IMG/VR virus record: IMGVR_UViG_3300045988_061617
Span: 1-64,000 of that record
Length of the DNA: 64,000 nt
Direction: 5' to 3' (one strand)
Origin: a virus
Each line of letters starts with the position of its first letter. Within the stretch, counting starts at the first letter, position 1. Position numbers and translations under genes: made by a program. The notes under the pieces were generated by a model, which worked only from the letters and a program-made list of their open reading frames with translations, was not told the DNA's origin and did not search any database. Below, piece by piece: positions 15,843 to 22,465 of the stretch.

Positions 15843-15950
15843 ATGATATTAAATATATTTTTATTTGTTGGTGTAATTTATTTAGCAATTCAATGCTATA
15901 GAGACGTGAAAGAAATTTTAAAAGACGATAACGACACATTCAAAGATTAA
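15843..15950 (+). CDS. 35-aa single-pass membrane peptide candidate
   Basis: ATG 15843 reads MILNIFLFVGVIYLAIQCYRDVKEILKDDNDTFKD. It is below the ORF-track cutoff, with a hydrophobic N-terminal half and a charged tail. Confidence 0.35.
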   Translation: MILNIFLFVGVIYLAIQCYRDVKEILKDDNDTFKD

Positions 15951-16205
15951 AGAAAAGCAAAGGGATGAATAAAAATGTTTGTCCCTTACTTTTTATTTTC
16001 AAATGTTAAATTTAACGGAACCGTACTCTCCATTTACTACCACAACTTTTGAAGCCCTCACATTAAGAGGTACCTTGAAGACAAATTACACATTTTACTA
16101 CCACACAAAAATCACTCCTCGTAATAAAGGCATACCAAAACTCCTCCCAATAAATATTAGCGATATCAACCTTTCCTCATTATAAACCAAAAACTTTATG
16201 TGATT

Positions 16206-16479
16206 ATGAAAACAATAAAAAGAATCTCCCCCCCTTACCACCTTAGAATTTAGTGCAAGAGCCTATGATACAAGGCTAGAGGTATCTGGTGATGGTGGTA
16301 CTCAAACATATGCCATCAACTCTTACAGAGATAAGTTCCTCAATGGAAAAAAGGTTGGTCAAGAATCACTAAATTGGGATATTGAAATATCCTATAGTGG
16401 TACATCTGGATGGCTTACTGCTAATAAAACCTCCGATGGATTACTCTCATTGGTAATACCAGTAAAGCGTTTCTATTAA
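16206..16479 (+). pseudogene. BACON-like paralog split by a frameshift at a C7 homopolymer (16228-16234)
   Basis: ATG 16206 reads MKTIKRISPPYHLRI-TAG. The +1 phase continues as PLTTLEFSARAYDTRLEVSGDGGTQTYAINSYRDKFLNGKKVG...WLTANKTS to TAA 16477-16479. Both parts align to the N-terminus of 16501..17256 (MKTIK...SPLSLNLEPRATSYTLSFSDTGGT...SYKDKLINNKLV...WITI). A C6 tract would fuse them. Confidence 0.55.
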
Positions 16480-16500
16480 CCATTAAACATTAGAGAAATT

Positions 16501-17256
16501 ATGAAAACTATTAAACTGAATTTTGATAGTGGGGATCAATCCCCACTATCCCTTAATTTAGAACCAAGAGCTACTTCCTATACACTTAGCTTTTCAGATA
16601 CCGGTGGGACTAATTCATCTCTCCCGGGAATAAAATCCTACAAGGACAAGCTGATCAATAATAAGTTGGTAGATACTTCTGGAGTAGATTATACTTACAG
16701 TACTAATGCTTCTTGGATTACTATAAGAAGAGAATCTAGGACAGGGGCTCCTGCCTATACCGATTACTTAGTGATCACTGTTTCTGCAAATAGTGATAGT
16801 AGTTCACGTAGTGCTTTAATCAATATTACCCAGAAAGAAAGTGGAAGAACTCTTACGGTTAACATAAATCAGAGTGCTAATATACCAATCACTTATACAT
16901 ATGATTTAATGTGTATACCCGAAAATGGTGATGATAGGACAGAATGGTTACCAAGTGGTAATGCCATGGTATACTATATAGACCCTGGTAGTCAGATTCT
17001 AAAAGTAGAGGGTGTAAAGATTGGTTGGAAAGGACAGAATAAATATAATGATATGTATATGGAACTAATTACTAGTAGTATGCAAAATCATACTGGTAGT
17101 GATATTAATGTTACTTATCAACCTTCCTACCAATACTTAAATATAACAGTACCCAATCGGTACTCTGGTTATTACTATGGTACAATTATCATGTTTGGTC
17201 AAATTAGAGAAAATTACCAATACGTTAATCAAACCTTTATTTTCTATCAAAGGTAA
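16501..17256 (+). CDS. BACON-like (Ig-like beta-sandwich) domain protein
   Basis: The N-terminal module ends ...ANSDSSSRSALINITQKESGRTLTVNINQ, which fits the BACON-type pattern (N....R.a.i.v.....g....v.v.Q). It is a paralog of modules in 36643..38436. Confidence 0.6.
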   Translation: MKTIKLNFDSGDQSPLSLNLEPRATSYTLSFSDTGGTNSSLPGIKSYKDKLINNKLVDTSGVDYTYSTNASWITIRRESRTGAPAYTDYLVITVSANSDSSSRSALINITQKESGRTLTVNINQSANIPITYTYDLMCIPENGDDRTEWLPSGNAMVYYIDPGSQILKVEGVKIGWKGQNKYNDMYMELITSSMQNHTGSDINVTYQPSYQYLNITVPNRYSGYYYGTIIMFGQIRENYQYVNQTFIFYQR

Positions 17257-17264
17257 TCACACTT

Positions 17265-17298
17265 AAAAGCCCAGAATTATCTCTGGGCTTTTTTTTTT
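17265..17298. terminator. bidirectional intrinsic terminator between convergent genes
   Basis: AAAAGCCCAGA / TCTGGGCTTTT 11-bp stem with a T10 run on the plus side and TTTT on the minus side. Confidence 0.8.
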
Positions 17299-17599
17299 AT
17301 GGATTAGTTATACATAAGATAAAAGCAATAAACCAAAATATAAGGGCTAAGGTATATGCAAAAGGATACCTATGCCAAGGATACCAGCAGGTAATGTAAG
17401 AATCTACTTTTAATATTTCTGGATGTTCTTCTTCGAATTTTTTATCCTCTTCTCTAGAACTGTATTTATGTAATATATAAAGAGGAAGCAATGTAAAGAA
17501 GATTATCAAAGCAATAGGGAATAACAGTAGGATAAGTATTTCCCATCCTTGCATTGATGACCCAGCATAGTGACCATCTCTATCAAAAAAGTACCTCAT
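17297..17599 (-). CDS. membrane protein (2-3 predicted TM segments)
   Basis: 100-aa ORF with long hydrophobic stretches (ILILLLFPIALIIFFTLLPLYIL; LALIFWFIAFILCI). 4-nt overlap with the upstream gene. Confidence 0.55.
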   Translation of the reverse strand: MRYFFDRDGHYAGSSMQGWEILILLLFPIALIIFFTLLPLYILHKYSSREEDKKFEEEHPEILKVDSYITCWYPWHRYPFAYTLALIFWFIAFILCITNP

Positions 17600-17787
17600 A
17601 GTAATCTATGTTTAATAAGCCTTATTAAAATGTATATGGGAAAGAAAGGCAATGTAAACCATACCGATAGGAATAATATCAATGAATGTATATTATGAGT
17701 ATAGGGTAAAAAATCTAACACTACCTTTACAAAGAATACCGTAAAGGGTAAGCACAATAAATAAATTATAGCTAATACTGTAATCAT
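17596..17787 (-). CDS. 63-aa two-TM membrane protein (holin-like topology)
   Basis: Two hydrophobic segments and a basic C-terminus (RLIKHRLL). 4-nt overlaps on both sides. Confidence 0.5.
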   Translation of the reverse strand: MITVLAIIYLLCLPFTVFFVKVVLDFLPYTHNIHSLILFLSVWFTLPFFPIYILIRLIKHRLL

Positions 17788-18182
17788 TTTTCCTCCTTGA
17801 AATATTTATTAACGATTTTGGTAAGTTTCTTATTGAATTCAATCATTGTATTGAAATCATCGGTATCATTTAGATTTTTTACCTCTTTATCCAAGAACTC
17901 CATATTCCTTTTAATAGAGAAATATGCTTTGTAAGCTAAGAATGATTTTTCATTCTCATCTGTTAAAGGTAAAACCATCCCATCTTTTCCATCCAATCTT
18001 GAATAGGTATCATCCGGTCCAAGTGTTCTTGCAATCTTTACCCGATTACTTAGGGTAACATATCCCCCTTTCTTATCAATGGATTCTACTATTACCTTCT
18101 CCATGATTTGTCTTCCATTAAGTAAGAAGAAGACTTCATCACCTTCCTTGAGCTTTTTGATTTCTTTCTTTTCTTTTTTCAT
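17784..18182 (-). CDS. hypothetical protein
   Basis: 132-aa ORF with its own -7 box upstream. Confidence 0.6.
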   Translation of the reverse strand: MKKEKKEIKKLKEGDEVFFLLNGRQIMEKVIVESIDKKGGYVTLSNRVKIARTLGPDDTYSRLDGKDGMVLPLTDENEKSFLAYKAYFSIKRNMEFLDKEVKNLNDTDDFNTMIEFNKKLTKIVNKYFKEEK

Positions 18183-18212
18183 ATCTATTTTTATTTAGAA
18201 ATTTTCTTTATG

Positions 18213-18220
18213 CAAATATA
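18213..18220 (-). promoter_or_regulatory. -7 promoter box TATATTTG (minus strand)
   Basis: The plus strand reads CAAATATA, 30 nt upstream of ATG 18182 on the minus strand. Confidence 0.6.
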
Positions 18221-18225
18221 CGAAA

Positions 18226-18723
18226 TTATTCTTTATCTATTGCATTATCTATTTTATTTTTAATAAATTCATAGGCATTGCCCTGGTAATCCTCTAGCAT
18301 TTTGTATTCCTGTGGAGATAGAATTACTCCGTTTACTTTAAAAAGCTTTCTTAGATGCTCTGGAATAGTTCCATGGTGAGTTATGTTATTGTATCTGATG
18401 ATGTAAACATGTTTAGTTTTTTTATCAATAACTCCTAAAGTGTTGATTGGTTGAAGTTTGGTTTGGTAAATCCCACCAAAAGCTGAGGGTACCATCAGAA
18501 TATTTCCAGGTACTCTAGTTACCCAATGAGAATAATCGGGAGTAATTACCGCAATTTTATTCTCTTTTTCAAGGTTTTTATCATAATCTAAACGATTAAA
18601 CCAAAAAGCACACTGAAAACAGATGTCTTGATCTTTCATAAGTTTTGGGATTTCCCTATTCAAGTCAAAATCCTTTAAATTAATTGGTTTACCACATATT
18701 CGGCACCGATTTGTCTTATTCAT
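18226..18723 (-). CDS. hypothetical protein with N-terminal CxxC...CxxC zinc-ribbon-like motif
   Basis: CRICGKPI...CFQCAFW lies in the first 40 aa. No further recognisable domain. Confidence 0.6.
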   Translation of the reverse strand: MNKTNRCRICGKPINLKDFDLNREIPKLMKDQDICFQCAFWFNRLDYDKNLEKENKIAVITPDYSHWVTRVPGNILMVPSAFGGIYQTKLQPINTLGVIDKKTKHVYIIRYNNITHHGTIPEHLRKLFKVNGVILSPQEYKMLEDYQGNAYEFIKNKIDNAIDKE

Positions 18724-18832
18724 ATTGCATTATTTATAAGTTATATAAGATAATAGAACCTTGAAACATCCTAAAAATTGGTTATGAGCAATACTTTCGT
18801 TACTAGAATTGAACCATTAAAACTGATAAGTT

Positions 18833-19429
18833 ATGGATAAATTAACAAATGAGATGATTAAAGACCTTGCTAATCGTTTAGGTCTAGAACCTGCTCTCTT
18901 AAAAGCTGTTCAAATCGTAGAAGCAGCTGGTAGAGACGGATTTTTAGCTGATGGTAGGCCTCAAATTCTCTTTGAGGGTCACATTATGTACAAAGAGTTT
19001 CATAAAAAGTTCCCTGAAAGAGATTTGGGGTATCTTTGTAAGAAATTTTCTACGGTATTTTATCCAAAATGGGATAAATCTAAGTATCTTGGTGGTGTAC
19101 ACGAGTATAAAAGACTCGAATTAGCCCAAGAAATTGATGAAGAATGTGCATTAAAGTCTGCAAGTTGGGGTATGTTCCAAATCATGGGCTTCAATCACAA
19201 ACTTTGTAGCTGTAGCGATGTCTATGATTTTGTTCATAAGATGTCTGAATCTCATGAAAAACAACTGGAACTGATGTATTATTTCATGAATACCTCTGGT
19301 TGTTTGAAGAATCTCAAGGAAAAGGATTGGGCAGGCTTCGCAAGGAAGTATAATGGTCCTGGTTATGCCCAAAATGCTTACGACCAAAAGTTAAGAAATG
19401 CTTACGAAAACTTTAAAAACAAGTTATGA
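18833..19429 (+). CDS. endolysin, N-acetylmuramidase family (DUF3380 / Pfam Muramidase type)
   Basis: Hallmark blocks of this family are present: AAGRDGFLADGRPQILFEGHIMYK, SASWGMFQIMGFNH and WAGFARKYNGPGYAQNAYDQKL. Confidence 0.85.
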   Translation: MDKLTNEMIKDLANRLGLEPALLKAVQIVEAAGRDGFLADGRPQILFEGHIMYKEFHKKFPERDLGYLCKKFSTVFYPKWDKSKYLGGVHEYKRLELAQEIDEECALKSASWGMFQIMGFNHKLCSCSDVYDFVHKMSESHEKQLELMYYFMNTSGCLKNLKEKDWAGFARKYNGPGYAQNAYDQKLRNAYENFKNKL

Positions 19430-19866
19430 AAAGATGTCATTTTAATAGCTGGGTAGCAAAGGTATTCCTTTTCTCCGATTACAAAGCAATTACGTTCCTC
19501 TATAACTCATTTTTCAAGGATAAAGTGGAGGATTTGTTACAAGAGGATATTGACCATGAACGTACTCACCAAGTACAACAGTTTGAGTGTACAATTGTAG
19601 GAGTAATCATTGGACTACTTCTCTGGTCATTGGGCTTATCATTCTGGTGTATTCCCATCTTTGGTTTGGGTTTATTCTATTTCTGGTATGGAATCGAATA
19701 CTTTATCATCATGTGTTTTGCAGGCTGGGACAAACAGAATGAGAGATATCATGATGTAAGTTTCGAAGAGGAAGCTTATAACAATGATAAAGATCCGTAT
19801 TACTTAGAATATCGTGAACACTTTGCATGGTTTCGGTATATAAAATTGAGAAGTTACAAGAAATGA
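19426..19866 (+). CDS. membrane protein with HExxH..QQ metallopeptidase-like motif
   Basis: DHERTHQVQQ is followed by three hydrophobic segments. ATGA overlaps join it to the endolysin (upstream) and the methyltransferase (downstream). Confidence 0.55.
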   Translation: MKRCHFNSWVAKVFLFSDYKAITFLYNSFFKDKVEDLLQEDIDHERTHQVQQFECTIVGVIIGLLLWSLGLSFWCIPIFGLGLFYFWYGIEYFIIMCFAGWDKQNERYHDVSFEEEAYNNDKDPYYLEYREHFAWFRYIKLRSYKK

Positions 19867-20921
19867 AGAATCTAAAGGTACTGGGAGTGTGCGCTGGACA
19901 GGGTGTACTCCTGTTCCCTTTTAAGAAAAATTTGTTAGGGAATATAGAGATTAGAGGAGTATTCCATACACCGGGCGAAGAACAATGGAAACTCAACTTT
20001 GGGGATATACCATTCTATAAGGGTTTCTGTTTACAAGAATTCGAGGAGAAAGTAGATATTATAATCTCATCCCCAGACTGTGGTGCATCCTCAGTTATGA
20101 GGTTATCAAAAATAAAGGAATTAGGCAATCCCCAGGATAATCGTAGTCTTAATCTAGTAATTGCTGCAATATTAGAGTATAAACCTAAGATATTTCTTAT
20201 AGAAAATCTACCAAGACTGCTATCCTTGCTACCTAAGGATTTCTTTGAGGAAACCCTGAAAGACTATAAATTAGTTTTTCATGAAAGGTCAGTTTCTGAC
20301 TATGGGAACTCTCAAGTGTCAAGGAAGAGATTACTCATCATAGGGGTGCATAAAAAGACCGGTAAGAAATACTTGAATGCTTTTGATGAAGTATTTAAAG
20401 TTAATGAGCTAAAGACAACTAGAGAGTTGCTTAAGCCGCTAACGTTTAGCTCTGAAATTGATACTAACCAGATTCCATTTATGGCAAAGACTCTGGCAAT
20501 GTACGATTATCGAAAGTTACCCGAGAAGAAGAATCTCACCGTAGCAAAGATACATAGACTCTGGGTTAGAGACTTCAACAAGGAAAAGAAGTGGCCTATC
20601 AAGACAGCTAAGATGAGTACTCTCCCAGGAGTATACAGGTTGGAAGATGATAAACCACCATTAACCCTGAGGCCTGCAGATAGGCAATTTAGACCTGATG
20701 GGTACCCTTTGGGAATCGAGGATTTCAAGGCAATTATGGGATTCCCAGAGAAATTTAAAATTTACCTCTACAAAACTACCAGAGGTGATACCTATGAAGG
20801 AGATTTTAAAAATCACCATTACTGGTTAAACAAGGCAAGGTACACAATTGCCAAGGGTTCCGTGTTTGAAATTGCAATCTGGTTCAAGCGTTGTTTGAAA
20901 CGAGCTGAGTCAAATAAGTAA
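19863..20921 (+). CDS. DNA (cytosine-5) methyltransferase-like protein
   Basis: Start set at ATG 19863 (MKNLKVLGVCAGQG is the motif I FxGxG type). SSPDCGASS sits at the motif IV position, IENLPRLL is ENV-like motif VI, and SQVSRKRLLIIG is QxRxR motif VIII. Confidence 0.7.
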   Translation: MKNLKVLGVCAGQGVLLFPFKKNLLGNIEIRGVFHTPGEEQWKLNFGDIPFYKGFCLQEFEEKVDIIISSPDCGASSVMRLSKIKELGNPQDNRSLNLVIAAILEYKPKIFLIENLPRLLSLLPKDFFEETLKDYKLVFHERSVSDYGNSQVSRKRLLIIGVHKKTGKKYLNAFDEVFKVNELKTTRELLKPLTFSSEIDTNQIPFMAKTLAMYDYRKLPEKKNLTVAKIHRLWVRDFNKEKKWPIKTAKMSTLPGVYRLEDDKPPLTLRPADRQFRPDGYPLGIEDFKAIMGFPEKFKIYLYKTTRGDTYEGDFKNHHYWLNKARYTIAKGSVFEIAIWFKRCLKRAESNK

Positions 20922-21525
20922 GGTATTTATTAGGGTTAGACTTAATTAGTTTAATTTTACGACTTACTACTTTATAGGGTACTTTGAATTGATTACATAT
21001 ATCAGATGTAGAATTACCAGCTTCATAAGACCTATACCAACTTAATATATCTTTGAGAGAATATTTACTTGCATTACCAATACGAATGCTACCATACATG
21101 GAATTAAGTTTACCAGACATAAATCCTTTTGGTTTATGTCTCTTTAATCCTTTAGTGATGTGATTACATTCTCTCATCTGAGCATTGTCTTTAGCTGTGC
21201 CCCATTGAAGATTTTTGTAGTAATTGTTAGTACCTACATCATCCTTATGACATACAAAGGGTAGATTTAAGGGATTTGGTATATAAACCTTTGCAACTAA
21301 TTTATGAACTTGAGCAGTATATACTTTCCTATCGTTGAGTTTGTAAAGAGATACTTGGTATTTACCGGTTTTCTTTTGATACAGCTTAAGTTCATGCCAA
21401 GTGTTTGAATATATTCTTCTACAACCCTTTGAACCAGTGTCGAATGAGAACTGGATTCTACTAAATACTCGACCTCGTTTGGAAACGTAATAACCAGGAA
21501 ATCCTGGGATGTTATCTTTTTTCAT
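20884..21525 (-). CDS. free-standing HNH homing endonuclease (NUMOD4 N-terminus plus HNH_3-type core)
   Basis: Reads MKKDNIPGFPGYYVSKRGRVFSR then VHKLVAKVYIPNPLNLPFVCHKDDVGTNNYYKNLQWGTAKDN. Its 3' end overlaps the methyltransferase 3' end by 38 nt, tail to tail. Confidence 0.85.
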   Translation of the reverse strand: MKKDNIPGFPGYYVSKRGRVFSRIQFSFDTGSKGCRRIYSNTWHELKLYQKKTGKYQVSLYKLNDRKVYTAQVHKLVAKVYIPNPLNLPFVCHKDDVGTNNYYKNLQWGTAKDNAQMRECNHITKGLKRHKPKGFMSGKLNSMYGSIRIGNASKYSLKDILSWYRSYEAGNSTSDICNQFKVPYKVVSRKIKLIKSNPNKYLTYLTQLVSNNA

Positions 21526-21604
21526 AGGTAATAATTTTGTATTTCAAAAGGAAATAGTACGAAGTCGTCTAAAGAGGTACCTAATCCAAGGTTACTAGTT
21601 TCAG

Positions 21605-21708
21605 CTTTATATATAAAGTCTTATATATAAGTCCAAACACTGCCTTGAAATATATAGATATATAATATACTACGTATATATATCTATATATTTATCTGCG
21701 TATATATA
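21605..21708. repeat. cluster of TATATATA-cored palindromes and direct repeats
   Basis: CTTTATATATAAAG lies at 21605-21618 and CTTATATATAAG at 21620-21631. CGTATATATA occurs at 21673-21682 and 21699-21708. Confidence 0.8.
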
Positions 21709-21735
21709 GCTATTCATATATCATATCGTAAGTAG

Positions 21736-21743
21736 TATATTTG
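21736..21743 (+). promoter_or_regulatory. -7 promoter box TATATTTG upstream of the morphogenesis module
   Basis: TAnnTTTG match 96 nt upstream of ATG 21840. No clear -33 element. Confidence 0.4.
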
Positions 21744-21769
21744 GATATTATCTCACTTCGTTCGATAAA

Positions 21770-21790
21770 GGTAATCGCTTAGCGATTACC
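21770..21790. other. 21-nt perfect palindrome GGTAATCGC-TTA-GCGATTACC
   Basis: Read directly. It lies in the putative leader between the -7 box and ATG 21840 and could be an operator or an RNA hairpin. Confidence 0.7.
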
Positions 21791-21839
21791 GATTAGATAG
21801 TATCCTTAGCGTGTACGAACTTTCCTAAAATTTTGAACC

Positions 21840-22463
21840 ATGAAGAATTTAAAGAATGCCTTGTTTATTGTACTTCTAGGATTTACTATTTACCTTTGCT
21901 TCAGGAATTACAAACTTTCTCGAGAAGTTAATTCACTGGAACAAGCGATCAATGAAATCCCAGATACAGTTTACAAAGATAAACCTTTCATACCAGAGAA
22001 GAAATATTCTGAAGACATCGAACCAGGTAGGATCTTAATTTACAATAATAGGCAGTCAAACTTAAATGACACTCTCTTTTCCAATCCACTGTTAAGACAG
22101 CCAGTTATTAGTAAACAAGATTCCCTGGTTCAGATGGTCTTAAAGAAGAATCAGTTAAACCTAAGTCTATTCAATCAACAGACTGGAACTTATTCCACTA
22201 GATTATTCAATATTGATCTAGATAAGTATAACTATAACTGGTATGAAGGTCAATTAACTCGGAAGAAAGTTGCAAGGTTATCACTTAAACCTTACGTTTA
22301 CGGTAAGTACAGACCTTTCAATAATCTTTTCGATATGGGAGCTGGTCTTTCAATCAAGACTAAGAGATTTAATTACAAACTCGGAGTCAATACCTTTTAC
22401 TATCCGAAGATAAAATCTGGGATTGGTACTGACCTAGAATTTCAAATAACGTATAACTTTTAA
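21840..22463 (+). CDS. N-terminally anchored protein with beta-strand-like C-terminus ending in Phe
   Basis: MKNLKNALFIVLLGFTIYLCF forms a signal or TM segment. The C-terminus ...GIGTDLEFQITYNF resembles an outer-membrane beta-signal. The gene sits where a small terminase would be expected. Confidence 0.55.
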   Translation: MKNLKNALFIVLLGFTIYLCFRNYKLSREVNSLEQAINEIPDTVYKDKPFIPEKKYSEDIEPGRILIYNNRQSNLNDTLFSNPLLRQPVISKQDSLVQMVLKKNQLNLSLFNQQTGTYSTRLFNIDLDKYNYNWYEGQLTRKKVARLSLKPYVYGKYRPFNNLFDMGAGLSIKTKRFNYKLGVNTFYYPKIKSGIGTDLEFQITYNF

Positions 22464-22465
22464 GT

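Noticed and set aside
12660-16074. AGGTACC (KpnI-like) word as a dedicated iteron
   Set aside because: It is enriched in the G-poor tracts, but GGTACC also occurs repeatedly inside coding genes across the window (e.g. near 1100, 3536, 21575, 24027 and 54750). By itself it is not specific, so it is kept only as a supporting note in the strand-composition finding.
15979-16185. Tracked 68-aa ORF with a TTG start
   Set aside because: It has no ATG and no promoter or leader. It lies in a G-poor tract and its product is low-complexity (T/P/L-rich).
9949-21816. Exact 12-mer CTTAGCGTGTAC at 9949-9960 and 21805-21816, both intergenic
   Set aside because: Over a hundred chance 12-mer pairs are expected in 64 kb. 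The two copies also sit in different positions relative to the nearest promoter box (upstream versus downstream). This is not enough to call a site.
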